A DNA stretch of 64,000 nt from a candidate division WWE3 bacterium (lineage in GTDB: Bacteria > Patescibacteriota > WWE3 > UBA101185 > UBA10185). This document shows, piece by piece, positions 19,165 through 29,308 of the stretch. The stretch is taken from assembly GCA_052035175.1 (NCBI GenBank), contig JBPOHV010000001.1:169569-233568 (forward strand), read 5' to 3'. The notes below the pieces were generated by a model. That model worked only from the letters and a program-made list of their open reading frames with translations. It did not search any database and had not been told where the DNA came from. Within the stretch, counting starts at the first letter, position 1; the number at the start of each line of letters is the position of its first letter. Position numbers and translations under genes: made by a program.

Positions 19165-21378
19165 TTATGTTTGGACCTGTATTTCTAATGTTGGTTTCAA
19201 GATCTCGAGAACTGTTCGGAACCTACTAAATACCTGGTTATACAAATTTACCTCCCTTGGAGCACTAACCTCAACTACTAGTGCATAAGGAATCTCTTGA
19301 GCTTCTCTCGATTTATTACCACCATCTCTGGCAATATAGTGAACATTAAATTCAGGATTTTTAAGACTTTTTCCAAGCATAGACCGTGAGGAAGAAACAG
19401 TGGGTTCCCACCTATGGGAATCGTACCTCTTGTCGTCCCCATCAAGGCCCTTGTAAAGCCTAGAAGAAGAAAAGAATGGTTTTGAATCTGGGTACTCCTG
19501 GTTAGGATCCTTCTTTTTGTCTTCATGAGGTCTAAAAACCATTTCAAGACCACTTTGGGTATAGTTCGCTGAATCCTGTGGGTCAGTAGAAGTGGCATAA
19601 CACATAGTGGCCTTAACTAGAACCTTTCCTCTTATTTGAGTGTTTGGAAGAGGAACCGGAATTCTCATCCATTCCCCAGGACTCAATTTACCCTGGTAGA
19701 CTACCTTTACACAGTGATCATCACATGAAGTTATTAAACCAATATCGGAGTTTAATTTTCCCCATCCTACATCCGCTATATCGTGATTTTCCTTTTCACT
19801 AGAATGGATAAGTAGTGTCTTTATTGCAAGTGGATTCAAGTTGCTGCCAAATAGTGCACGGACACCGACTGCTCCTCTCAGTACCAAAGGAGCTGCAAAG
19901 CTAGTTCCCTGTACTGGAATCGAAAAACCGGCATTATCATTATCTACGACCCAGAAAAACTCCTTGGTTGAACCACCAAATCCAAGCAAATCAGGTTTTA
20001 TATATCCAGGAAGTCTACCAGGACCAATACAACTATAGCTTGCTTTTTGCCAATTATCGCCTTGACTATCCGCAGCACCGATACATAACCCGTTAACACA
20101 ATCTGATGGAGGTTGAATACGAGCATTTCCAGAAGCTCTATCCAAATGACCATTATTACCTGCAGCTAATGTTGCCAATATTGCTCCGTCAGAGAAAACT
20201 TCATCTAGTACCGAAGTCCATGCGTGCACATCACTATCCTCAACAGGTATGTCTGGACCACAGCTTATATTGACGAAATTATAGTTAGTAGAAGTAAGAA
20301 TATCCTTGATTCTTTTAAGCACTTTTATTAGGTTGGCATCGACATTGTCACTGGCGTCAAAAACTCTATATAGATCAACGTATGAGTAGGGTTGAGGTGA
20401 TTGGACACCATCTTGCAGTGAGCCGAAAAGAAAAGCCGATGATACCCATTGTCCATGATTTACTCCATGTGCAATTGGTTGGCTTAATTTCCCAATTTCC
20501 TTTTTATCTACCCACTTTGACAAAGAACTGTTGTCGGGAAACCCACCGTCAAATATTGCAACTTTCAAATTAGGGTCAACAGGTTTTACATCTGGCAAAT
20601 TAATAGGGAAATTTATACCAGTTGAACGCAAAGCTGGTTCGAAACCACGCAGTTTGGGCATTTCTCTTAGCACTCTCAAGAAAGAGTATTCAGCAATTTC
20701 TTGCGCTTTAGTTTTTGGGGCTTCAAGTGACAAAAAACATAAACCTTTTGAAAAAATAAGATCACCAATGGTCGAGTCCCCTTCAAGGGAATCCAAATAT
20801 TTTTTAAATCCATTTACGAGATAAGATTCATCAGCTGAGGCATGTAAGACTGCTTCAAACGTCAACCGATTTTTTTCCGTATGTATTGGAATCAATTTTT
20901 CCGAAATATTCAAAGGCTTAATCATTTCTATCTTCGATAATTCCACTCCTTCGATTGAATTAGGAATGGTTCTTACCAAAAGTTCAGGTAGTGCTTCTAA
21001 TTTTGTTTTCTCTCCGGCAACGAATATTTCTGTTGTTACTACGTCGGTGGTATCTCTCTTTTTCGTCCACTTTTCCGGTTTTATCTTTGTCATCCTGCTT
21101 CCAACTTGTTCTAAATTCCACGAGCGAAATAAAGATTCTGGATAATATGATTTTGCTGTAAATTCTGGATGCAAAACGAAAGAAACCACAGTTTGGTTTT
21201 CGGGACAAGCCAAATCGGGCAAAGATTGAACAGATTTTAAAGTCTGACCAATTTGGACCCCAAGCCTTTTCACGGATTCCTCAAAAGAATATGGCATGCT
21301 CTTATTCAAAGCAGTCTTTGGAGGATCCATTTTTTCTGTTAATCGTTCACCAAAACCGAGGAGGAAATTTCTTGGCAT
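19165..21378 (-). CDS. S8 subtilisin-like serine protease (IetS/Y4bN-like)
   Basis: Triad motifs VAIFDGG, HGQWVSS and GTSFAAP; AAGNNG oxyanion motif; directly follows the AAA ATPase. Confidence 0.9.
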   Translation of the reverse strand: MPRNFLLGFGERLTEKMDPPKTALNKSMPYSFEESVKRLGVQIGQTLKSVQSLPDLACPENQTVVSFVLHPEFTAKSYYPESLFRSWNLEQVGSRMTKIKPEKWTKKRDTTDVVTTEIFVAGEKTKLEALPELLVRTIPNSIEGVELSKIEMIKPLNISEKLIPIHTEKNRLTFEAVLHASADESYLVNGFKKYLDSLEGDSTIGDLIFSKGLCFLSLEAPKTKAQEIAEYSFLRVLREMPKLRGFEPALRSTGINFPINLPDVKPVDPNLKVAIFDGGFPDNSSLSKWVDKKEIGKLSQPIAHGVNHGQWVSSAFLFGSLQDGVQSPQPYSYVDLYRVFDASDNVDANLIKVLKRIKDILTSTNYNFVNISCGPDIPVEDSDVHAWTSVLDEVFSDGAILATLAAGNNGHLDRASGNARIQPPSDCVNGLCIGAADSQGDNWQKASYSCIGPGRLPGYIKPDLLGFGGSTKEFFWVVDNDNAGFSIPVQGTSFAAPLVLRGAVGVRALFGSNLNPLAIKTLLIHSSEKENHDIADVGWGKLNSDIGLITSCDDHCVKVVYQGKLSPGEWMRIPVPLPNTQIRGKVLVKATMCYATSTDPQDSANYTQSGLEMVFRPHEDKKKDPNQEYPDSKPFFSSSRLYKGLDGDDKRYDSHRWEPTVSSSRSMLGKSLKNPEFNVHYIARDGGNKSREAQEIPYALVVEVSAPREVNLYNQVFSRFRTVLEILKPTLEIQVQT

Positions 21379-21379
21379 A

Positions 21380-22471
21380 TTAATCTCCTTTAATCTTCTT
21401 GCTTAGAGTAGTTCTGCTGATACCAACCATCTCACTGGCACTTCTTTGAGAACTACCTAAGCTAACCATTAATTTAGCTACTTTCAATTTTGATTCTTTA
21501 TCTAATTTATCAATGTGTTGCGTGAAATATTCAACAACAGCATTATCTAATTTAATTTTTTTTATCACTGACTGTTTTCTAATTGATAACACAGCCCTTT
21601 CAATATCGCTAAAAGACAAAGAATTTAAAAGTGATACCAAATAATTTTTAACCTCTTTTGACTCAATTTTCTCTTTTCCCAAATAAAGGTCTACAGCCTT
21701 AACAACTTGCTCTGTTAAAGGCATTGGAAATTCAATCTCTAAATCAAATCTTCTCCATACTGCTGGGTCTAACAATGAAGCATGGTTTGTCGCAGCAATT
21801 AATAAACTATGCTCTGGCCACTCATCTATCTCTTGAAGAATGACTGTTACTAATCTCTTAAGTTCTCCAACATCTGCATTGTCATCTCTTTTTTTAGCAA
21901 TAGCATCAATTTCATCCAAAAGTAAAACACATTCCATACCCTTTGCGTAATCAAGTACATTTCTAATATTTGAGCCAGTGCGACCCAAAAAACTGCTCAT
22001 GACAGCGGATAAATCAAGTACCAAGAGGGGCATGCCTAATTTATAGGCAACCCATTTTGCTGCTAATGATTTACCGACACCAGGCTTTCCAGTAAATATA
22101 ATTGATTTTGTTGCTTGTAAACCATGCTCTCTTAATTTTCTTTTCTGTGTTCTTTCTACAATTACCTGATTAAAAATTTTTTGAATGGAATTTTCCCAAA
22201 TTGGCTCAAAGTCTAAAATGGGTTTATGAAACATACGAACCAGCTCTAGTCTAGTATCTAAGTCTACTGGGATATTGGCCATTTTTGTGTTTCTAAAACC
22301 ACTTACATTTCCTTTGTGAAATATATTTAATTTATTACTCAAATCTGGATAGTTTTCTTTAAGAACTTTGTGATGACGCTTGAGGTACATCTGCAAATCT
22401 TCAGACTTATTTTCAGCAGACAATCTTATTAGCTGGTACAGAATTTCTTGTATGTTCTTTTTTTGAGCCAT
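21380..22471 (-). CDS. AAA+ ATPase (IetA-like) with C-terminal HTH
   Basis: GKPGVGKS, LLLDEID, AATNH, DPAVWRRFD; C-terminal SQRSASEMVGISRTTL. Confidence 0.9.
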   Translation of the reverse strand: MAQKKNIQEILYQLIRLSAENKSEDLQMYLKRHHKVLKENYPDLSNKLNIFHKGNVSGFRNTKMANIPVDLDTRLELVRMFHKPILDFEPIWENSIQKIFNQVIVERTQKRKLREHGLQATKSIIFTGKPGVGKSLAAKWVAYKLGMPLLVLDLSAVMSSFLGRTGSNIRNVLDYAKGMECVLLLDEIDAIAKKRDDNADVGELKRLVTVILQEIDEWPEHSLLIAATNHASLLDPAVWRRFDLEIEFPMPLTEQVVKAVDLYLGKEKIESKEVKNYLVSLLNSLSFSDIERAVLSIRKQSVIKKIKLDNAVVEYFTQHIDKLDKESKLKVAKLMVSLGSSQRSASEMVGISRTTLSKKIKGD

Positions 22472-22619
22472 TTTAATTACCTTATTATTATCTTGAATAT
22501 AATTAGATTATTACTTTCTGGAACAGAAATCAATAGTCTCGTTTGGAAATGTGCCAGTTAAATGAGGACCTTTTAATATTAAAGTTTTCTCTTTTTTGTA
22601 GAAGAGAAAACCTTCTTAA

Positions 22620-23228
22620 TTAATGCAAAAACACCATGGGATCTACTGGCAACCCAAACACGCGTATTTCAAAATGTAAATGTGGTCCGGTTGCCCAACC
22701 AGTCTCACCCATTTTGCCTATTACATCTCCTAGTTTTACTTCCTGGCCTTTAAATACATAAATTTTGTCAAGATGTGCATAGACCGAGCTAATGTTGTTG
22801 CCATTGTCAATAATAATATGCTTGCCATATCCCCAGAAGATTTCACCTGCATAGATGACTTTCCCATCCATAAAAGCAATCACTGGATCACCAATTTTTC
22901 CTTGAGGATTAGCAATATCCAGCCCCGTATGAAATACCTGATACAGACTTGATTCACCAAACTTTAGAGTAACAACTCCTTGTGCTGGCCATGCAAATGG
23001 ACCTGGTACTTCTGCAAAAACACTTCCATCTTTGGGATTGAGAACTTGGATGGTACTGGTATTAACCTCAACATCAACCAGTGCATCAGACACAATATTG
23101 ATACCCGTGTGCATGAGGATGAATACGGCAATAACCGGAAGTGATAAAACAATCAGGAATGAAAAGAGGACAAGCTTCAGTTCGTTACGAAATGACCAAA
23201 TTGTACTAGCAGTAAATAGTGGATGCAT
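22620..23228 (-). CDS. M23 family metallo-endopeptidase (transfer-associated cell-wall hydrolase)
   Basis: HTGLD, YAHL, TGPHLHFE; N-terminal TM. Confidence 0.92.
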   Translation of the reverse strand: MHPLFTASTIWSFRNELKLVLFSFLIVLSLPVIAVFILMHTGINIVSDALVDVEVNTSTIQVLNPKDGSVFAEVPGPFAWPAQGVVTLKFGESSLYQVFHTGLDIANPQGKIGDPVIAFMDGKVIYAGEIFWGYGKHIIIDNGNNISSVYAHLDKIYVFKGQEVKLGDVIGKMGETGWATGPHLHFEIRVFGLPVDPMVFLH

Positions 23229-23232
23229 TCAT

Positions 23233-25062
23233 TTATGTATAGATCTCCCTCGGATCAGTGGTTAAAAGGGGATGCTCTTTCTCTGAAGCAACTACTTTCA
23301 CCGCCACATGGTTTTGATCGGCTATAACCAGAGCTTCTCCACGATCACAAGTCAATAGAAAATGCTGTTCATATTCACTCAAATGAAACTCTTGGGCTAC
23401 TTTTTTAATGGTTGTTGTATCCTGCTTCATAAGAATCCTCAGCGAGGATTGTGATGCAACTGCACGACCATAATCTTGATTTAAAAAGTCATTGGCCTGT
23501 TGGCTGATAATCGTTACTCCCAAGTAATATTTTCTGGCTCTGCGAACGAGTCCTGCCACAAACCTCGCACTTTCCTCATGTTGCAGGAGTAGCCAGCCCT
23601 CATCGATGACGAGGATTCTCTTTTGTGGATGTGATTTGACTTGTGAATGCACAAAGTTGGCAATCGTGAGCATCATGACTTGTCTTAATGATTCATCCAA
23701 ATCTTTAATATCAAATACCACCAATCGATTATCAAGTTTTACATTGGTTTGTGAATCAAAAACAGATGAGAGTGAACCTGTCACAAACTTATCAAGCCGG
23801 TGGCATAACTCTTTTTGATTCATAGCTTTGAGTTCTTTATAAAAATCTTTCAATTGAGGCATAGTGACGTTTTTGCTTCTATTCTCTTTCTTCATGGTAA
23901 TTCCGACTTTCTTGTACGTTTGGATAAGGGCTTTATCAACCACTGCCTTTTCTTCATCTGAGAGTGAACCAGCCATCAGAGAAATAATTTCAGTAAGGTC
24001 TTGGATATGTTCAGCTAAGGCATTTTCACCAGTTGCCGTATGCAATGAAAAATCAAAGGGATTGATCTTTTCGTGGGAAGTTGCTGATAATTTGATGTAT
24101 GTACCTTTAACAGATTTCGCCAGTTGCTTGTACTCCCGTTCGGGGTCAATGACGATTACCTTGGTGCCTTGCATGAGCTGGCGCAAGATTTCAACTTTTG
24201 CGGTATAACTTTTACCACTGCCTGATTGGGCAAAGATAATTGAGTTAGCATTGTTTAGTGAGAATCGATCCACAATAACGAGCGAATTGTTTGACCTATT
24301 AATCCCATACAATATCCCTGATTCTTGTACTAACTCTGAAGATACAAACGGGAATGTTAAAGCAGCTGACGAACTATCAAGATTTCTTCTCTGCCCTAAT
24401 TGATTCTCTCCTCGAGGAAGAACTGACTGTAAGCCTTCGAGTTGTTGGAAGGTAGCAGTTTTAAGATAAAAGAGTCTGGTGGACATGACTGTTTCTAAAA
24501 TGGTAGTGGTTTTATCGAGTTCAGTTAAGGAATCTGCTGTAATCGTCATGTAGATTGAGATTTGGAATAGTTTTTCTTGGCCTCGTTGGATTTTGTCTTT
24601 TAACTCCATTGCCGACTCCAAAGGGTCAGTAATTTCTGAACCAATCACTTTACCCGCTTTGAGCATTGAGCGCTTGGTTGATTCAAGCTCAGTGATTTTT
24701 CTATTTAGTTTTGGTAATGCTAAGAGTGGATCAACGTGTTCAATGTGATACGAAATATCAATATTGTGGTTAAAGTTAATCAGCATATTGAGCCAACCCA
24801 CAGATGCTACATATGGATAACCGGAGATGAAAAGTGTTCGAACACATTTATCTCCCACTTTAAGATATGAAGATTCTTCTGACAGTCCGGAATATGAAAT
24901 GAGGTCAACTTGATCTTGTTCACCAAAATGAAACTCAACTGCTTTCTTGGTGATTTCTTTAGTAGTAGCTTTTCGCTTTCTTTTCTTTAGTTTAGGAAAT
25001 TTAAAAGTTAATCTACTAAGTGGCAGTTTTTGTAATAATTGTGGTGTTGGGATATTAAACAT
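23233..25062 (-). CDS. VirB4-like type IV secretion ATPase
   Basis: AQSGSGKS, VIDPEREY, IDEGW, RRARKY. Confidence 0.92.
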   Translation of the reverse strand: MFNIPTPQLLQKLPLSRLTFKFPKLKKRKRKATTKEITKKAVEFHFGEQDQVDLISYSGLSEESSYLKVGDKCVRTLFISGYPYVASVGWLNMLINFNHNIDISYHIEHVDPLLALPKLNRKITELESTKRSMLKAGKVIGSEITDPLESAMELKDKIQRGQEKLFQISIYMTITADSLTELDKTTTILETVMSTRLFYLKTATFQQLEGLQSVLPRGENQLGQRRNLDSSSAALTFPFVSSELVQESGILYGINRSNNSLVIVDRFSLNNANSIIFAQSGSGKSYTAKVEILRQLMQGTKVIVIDPEREYKQLAKSVKGTYIKLSATSHEKINPFDFSLHTATGENALAEHIQDLTEIISLMAGSLSDEEKAVVDKALIQTYKKVGITMKKENRSKNVTMPQLKDFYKELKAMNQKELCHRLDKFVTGSLSSVFDSQTNVKLDNRLVVFDIKDLDESLRQVMMLTIANFVHSQVKSHPQKRILVIDEGWLLLQHEESARFVAGLVRRARKYYLGVTIISQQANDFLNQDYGRAVASQSSLRILMKQDTTTIKKVAQEFHLSEYEQHFLLTCDRGEALVIADQNHVAVKVVASEKEHPLLTTDPREIYT

Positions 25063-25675
25063 AGTGATGTTCCAGTAACCTTTCTATGGTTTGACCTTTG
25101 AGCGCCTGAGTTTTTATTTGGGACGGGTTGTAGAAACTGTAGAAAAGATCCAGAATTTCTAAACTATCCAGTTGTCTGGCTTTCATCCCCAGTTTATCCA
25201 ATCCCTTCATTACTAAATCACGGGTTAAATGGAGTTGTTCCTTTACTAACTCTCTATCAGGATGTTTGTCTTCTGAATGGTGGGGAATGACAACGTAGAA
25301 ATGTCTGGAGAGAATTTTATTACCACTTACCAAATTTCGAATGAAGTCACAGTAGGCTTGGATTTGTAGTTTATAGACCGTCTCTTTTTCCTTCTCTTTT
25401 GTCTGAAGAATTTGACCCACATAATCGTCAATATCTAGTTCCCGTACTCGAATGAGAATTTGGAGTTTGCAAGGAAGAGCGTTTAAGAAGTTTTGGAAGC
25501 TATCAATTAACACATCCTGCTCATCTTCACTTTTCAACTCAAAATTAACCGATGAAGAAGCCAACACAAGCCTATATTCGTTATTAGGAAGGGTTAAGAT
25601 ACCATCCTGCACTTCCTTAATGGCAATCTGTCTTCGTGAACTCACCTTATTTTGCGATTTCTTGAAAAGCCACAT
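25055..25675 (-). CDS. Conjugation protein resembling the VirB4 N-terminal (TraC/TraE-like) region
   Basis: SSVNFELKSEDEQ, FLNAL; overlaps virB4. Confidence 0.7.
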   Translation of the reverse strand: MWLFKKSQNKVSSRRQIAIKEVQDGILTLPNNEYRLVLASSSVNFELKSEDEQDVLIDSFQNFLNALPCKLQILIRVRELDIDDYVGQILQTKEKEKETVYKLQIQAYCDFIRNLVSGNKILSRHFYVVIPHHSEDKHPDRELVKEQLHLTRDLVMKGLDKLGMKARQLDSLEILDLFYSFYNPSQIKTQALKGQTIERLLEHHYV

Positions 25676-26165
25676 TTAAGCCTCCTTTCTTTGCAACACG
25701 GAACTTCAAATCAAATTTTTTATTGGTCAATGCATACTCCAGTTTGATTGCGTCAGATATATGTAATGTCGACAGTTTAGTTTCTACTGTTTCCTTTACT
25801 ACTTTCTTTTTAAAAGTGAATCGTGGTTTGGTAACTATCTTGGGAAGGTCAAGTAGGCGCTGATAGGTATCGTTTTTGTTGAAGACATAGAATCGCGGTC
25901 GCAGATTGTATCGAAATAGAATTATTAACCATTGTGCAACAACTACACCTTCAATTCGTAAGGAGAGAAAAATACATATAAGCGTAATTACGATCGTTAA
26001 TGCTAGTTTGTAGACAACCAACTGCATGCTTGGTGGAAACAAGACGTAAATGATTGTCGCGAGACACACTGGAGAAATGAGGATCATTATTTGGGTTAGG
26101 CTCAAGTTACCTGCGATCTTGTCTTCTACGGTAGTTATTTGTGCTGGGATGACTTTGGTTCTCAT
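25647..26165 (-). CDS. PrgI-family (VirB3-like) conjugation protein
   Basis: VPAQI-like start (IPAQITTVEDKIAGNL), two TM helices, position before virB4. Confidence 0.75.
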   Translation of the reverse strand: MRTKVIPAQITTVEDKIAGNLSLTQIMILISPVCLATIIYVLFPPSMQLVVYKLALTIVITLICIFLSLRIEGVVVAQWLIILFRYNLRPRFYVFNKNDTYQRLLDLPKIVTKPRFTFKKKVVKETVETKLSTLHISDAIKLEYALTNKKFDLKFRVAKKGGLNVAFQEIAK

Positions 26166-27451
26166 GCGTTTATGACCTTTCTCGGTGTTTTGGCGATTCC
26201 TTGTGCTACAGCTCTGGTTGCAGACGATGAATTGTCAGCACTCATCACATTCATGATTTGGTTCCCGAGCTTTTTAAATGTTCCTGTTCTTGAAGTATAA
26301 AAAGCCATGCCCATCATGTAGGAGGGAATTTTAAGGAGGGTAAAAAATAGTCCAATCGCAACGGCAATAGAAATTAAAGAATTCTCAGTATGTGCAGGCA
26401 GGGCAAGAAATGAAGCAGCCAGTTGAATGACGACGACATGCACAAAAGCCATGAAGACTGTAACAAAGTACGTTTTGACAGCAATACTAGCCATATCAGA
26501 AAACTTAGGTAAGGTTGAGAGTAAAAAGATAAAGGGTGACAGCACTGCTCCCAGAGAAATGAGAATCAATCGGCTGATGTACATAAGAAGCAGGACAATC
26601 GAGAGAATCAAAAACAGAACTAAAAATACCAAAGTAATAAGCGGTGTAGCACCAGTAATAAATGCAGCTGGATTAATTGCATCCATGATCCAGGCTTGAT
26701 TGAGTCCACCGGTTGAATTGAGAACTGCCGCAACTAGAGCGTTGCAGGTAATAATCACGTAGTCGGCTAAGAATAAGGAGGTATTGGCTCCTAGAAACGC
26801 GAGTCCAAGTTTCGGAAGCAACACTTTGAGTTCCACTTCTTCAAAACCAAAAGTACTCGCACTCATAACTTGGAGGCCAAGCAGGGCTACGACGAGGACA
26901 AATAACGTATCGACAATCCCCAGACTTACCAGCCAGAAGTTTCTCACCACAGTGTTATTTAACAGTGTAGGAGTGGTCGTAAGATAGCCAATAACGCCAT
27001 TCACAATGGGAGCGGTGGAACTTTCTACGATATTTTGGATAAAACCGGAAACAGCATCAATTAGGACTTGAGTCAGACCTTCACTTGGTTCGACGCTTTC
27101 AATAGGAACAAGTTCAATCGGAATACTTCCACTAGGATTTTCTGTAGGTGTGAGTGCTTGAGTAAAGACAGAAACAATCAGATTGGCTGAAAGAACGAGG
27201 AGTAATCCGATCAGGGCATTCTTGATCGTGTGTTTGGCAGATTCCAAGGCATCAGGTCTACCTGTTGAGGTTATATAGGTGTAGCCACCCTTAATCAGGA
27301 AAAAGACTGAAGACAAAGAAGCGATGAGAGTTAAAATTTGCAGTGTGTTGTTGGTGTAATCAACTAACCCGGAATCAGCGGCAAAGGTATGAGAAGGAAA
27401 TAAAAAGAGACACAATATTATTACAAATAGGATGCATATACGCCTTATCAT
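26162..27451 (-). CDS. VirB6/TrbL-like polytopic membrane protein with N-terminal pilin-like segment
   Basis: Many TM helices; GYTYITSTG...AKHTIKNALIGL resembles the adjacent pilin. Confidence 0.7.
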   Translation of the reverse strand: MIRRICILFVIILCLFLFPSHTFAADSGLVDYTNNTLQILTLIASLSSVFFLIKGGYTYITSTGRPDALESAKHTIKNALIGLLLVLSANLIVSVFTQALTPTENPSGSIPIELVPIESVEPSEGLTQVLIDAVSGFIQNIVESSTAPIVNGVIGYLTTTPTLLNNTVVRNFWLVSLGIVDTLFVLVVALLGLQVMSASTFGFEEVELKVLLPKLGLAFLGANTSLFLADYVIITCNALVAAVLNSTGGLNQAWIMDAINPAAFITGATPLITLVFLVLFLILSIVLLLMYISRLILISLGAVLSPFIFLLSTLPKFSDMASIAVKTYFVTVFMAFVHVVVIQLAASFLALPAHTENSLISIAVAIGLFFTLLKIPSYMMGMAFYTSRTGTFKKLGNQIMNVMSADNSSSATRAVAQGIAKTPRKVINA

Positions 27452-27482
27452 GAATGGATGCTTTCACTTTAGGCAGTGACAC

Positions 27483-27818
27483 TTACTGACCAGATCCGAA
27501 TGCTGTTGTTGCAAGTTGACTGATGACATTAGACAGTACAAAAGCAGCCAACACGATAGTTAATCCAACCGCTGAATACAAAATGGTCTTCTTTGATTTA
27601 TCCAGTGCTTCAGGACTCCCAGAACTCGTAATATATCCAAATCCTCCCCAGACCAGAAAACCTGCGGCAACTAAGCCCGAGAGAGTGACAAGAACTTGAA
27701 TAATACTCTGGATGAATGTTTGAATTTTAGAAACATCAGCGGACTCGGCAAAGGCTGGAGGAGCGGCGATAAGAAGTAAGGTGAGAATTATTGCTTGTGT
27801 GTAGATAAATTTTTTCAT
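27483..27818 (-). CDS. VirB2/TrbC-like pilin
   Basis: Signal (PAFA), GGFGYITSSG...KSKKTILYSAVGL two-helix pilin pattern. Confidence 0.8.
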   Translation of the reverse strand: MKKFIYTQAIILTLLLIAAPPAFAESADVSKIQTFIQSIIQVLVTLSGLVAAGFLVWGGFGYITSSGSPEALDKSKKTILYSAVGLTIVLAAFVLSNVISQLATTAFGSGQ

Positions 27819-27877
27819 ATTCCACCCCCTTTAGGTAAGTGTTTATACTTGGGGCAGAAATGAAACCTGATTTATAC

Positions 27878-27899
27878 AAAAAAACTGCCAAGGTGGCAG
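27878..27899 (-). terminator. Intrinsic terminator in the leader of the pilin-virB4 operon
   Basis: - strand CTGCCA-CCT-TGGCAG followed by T7. Confidence 0.7.
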
Positions 27900-27928
27900 C
27901 AGGTTGTTCAATTACTTGAACTGAGGAG

Positions 27929-27956
27929 ATTATAGCAATCCAGATAGTAAAGTCAA
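27929..27956 (-). promoter_or_regulatory. Sigma70-type promoter of the transfer operon
   Basis: TTGACT-16 nt-TATAAT with extended TG. Confidence 0.7.
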
Positions 27957-27980
27957 TTGGTTTGTACTAACCGTTTATTT

Positions 27981-28745
27981 TTAATAGTACAATAGAAAGC
28001 ATACTCCCAAAAATATTCTATAGTACCCAAAAATAGCAAAACCGTTCTTTTCTATGAGATTTAGAAACAGTTTAACTGCAATCCAAGCTGAAATAAAAGA
28101 AATGACACTGCCTATCCCAAGTAGTAAAAACTCGTAGTTTGAGAGAGAAGCTGACGTTTTGAGTAAGTCAAAACCGGTTGCGGCAAGCACGGTGGGAACT
28201 GCAAGTAAAAAGGAGAACTCCGTTGCCTGCTTTTTTGAAAGACCAGTATACATCCCTCCCAGTATTGTTGCAGCAGCTCGAGAAACTCCTGGGATTACAG
28301 AGATACTTTGGGTCAAACCAATAATAAACGCGTTCTTGTATGAAATACTCTCAATCTCTACGTCCTTGCTTATGTGTAGCGATTTATTTTTATCAACGAT
28401 GACCAGTACTATTCCTCCTAAGATAAGAGCAATAGAAACAACGAGTGGATTAAATAAAAATATTTTGATGGTTTTGTAGAATAAAAAACCAATTATGGCC
28501 GTAGGCACAAATGCTACAGCCAACTTTTTGTAGATTTGAATACTACTAAGGAAGCTTTTTGCATATAAACAAACGACTGCAAGAATCGCTCCAAGCTGAA
28601 TAGCAATCTCAAAGGTCTTCACAAATTCCTGATTTGATAACTGCAAAACAGAAGACGCCAAAATCATATGGCCTGTAGAAGAAATTGGTAGAAATTCTGT
28701 GAAACCTTCGATGATGCCTAAAATAGTTACATCAAAAAAGTTCAT
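27981..28745 (-). CDS. uppP: Undecaprenyl-diphosphate phosphatase
   Basis: GIIEGFTEFLPISSTGH, IQLGAILAV, PGVSRA, EFSFLLA. Confidence 0.95.
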   Translation of the reverse strand: MNFFDVTILGIIEGFTEFLPISSTGHMILASSVLQLSNQEFVKTFEIAIQLGAILAVVCLYAKSFLSSIQIYKKLAVAFVPTAIIGFLFYKTIKIFLFNPLVVSIALILGGIVLVIVDKNKSLHISKDVEIESISYKNAFIIGLTQSISVIPGVSRAAATILGGMYTGLSKKQATEFSFLLAVPTVLAATGFDLLKTSASLSNYEFLLLGIGSVISFISAWIAVKLFLNLIEKNGFAIFGYYRIFLGVCFLLYY

Positions 28746-28746
28746 G

Positions 28747-29235
28747 CTATTGAATTACTTCAACTTGCCCTTTCATCCATGGATGAGGTGAACAATGGTA
28801 AGGGTTATTGGAAGAGTTAAGAAATGTAAAAGAATAACTTTCTCCTTTTGCCAAAAGCGGTCCTTCAAACTTACTGGGATCGTCTCCCAGTTTTGCATCA
28901 TGAGGTTTGTCCGAGTCTTCATGATCAAGCATGACGTTATGTTTCATATCATCTTCGTTCGTCCAAGTGACTGTAGTTCCAGCTTGAATTCTTATTTTTT
29001 TGGGAACGTATTCAAAGTTCTTAATTACCACTTTTACTTCTTTTGATGCAGTGAAATCTACCATATCATTGCTTTGAGCTTGAGTTGGAGTAGTAAGAAC
29101 CTCATCATTTATATGTGTTGAAGTAGGTATAATAGAAGTTGTATAGTAGTTCTTGTTTATATTATAACCTAATAACATTACACCAATCCCAAGAAACACT
29201 AGAATTACAAGTCCAATAAGAAGTGGCTTTTTCAT
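28747..29235 (-). CDS. Membrane-anchored plastocyanin/amicyanin-like blue copper protein
   Basis: VTWTN..HNV and YHCSPHPWMKG type-1 copper site. Confidence 0.9.
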   Translation of the reverse strand: MKKPLLIGLVILVFLGIGVMLLGYNINKNYYTTSIIPTSTHINDEVLTTPTQAQSNDMVDFTASKEVKVVIKNFEYVPKKIRIQAGTTVTWTNEDDMKHNVMLDHEDSDKPHDAKLGDDPSKFEGPLLAKGESYSFTFLNSSNNPYHCSPHPWMKGQVEVIQ

Positions 29236-29308
29236 TTTTGTAGTTTAACAAAAAATTAGTTTGAAAACAAAAAATTTAATATATTTAGTTCCTAACCAAT
29301 ATTTACAC

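Noticed and set aside
19031-19288. 85-aa ORF opposite the subtilase 3' end
   Set aside because: Half of it overlaps the S8 gene in antisense; no motif or clear expression signals.
27860-27930. Known riboswitch class in the pilin leader
   Set aside because: No match to the fluoride, preQ1 or c-di-GMP consensus I could check by eye; kept only as a generic attenuator.
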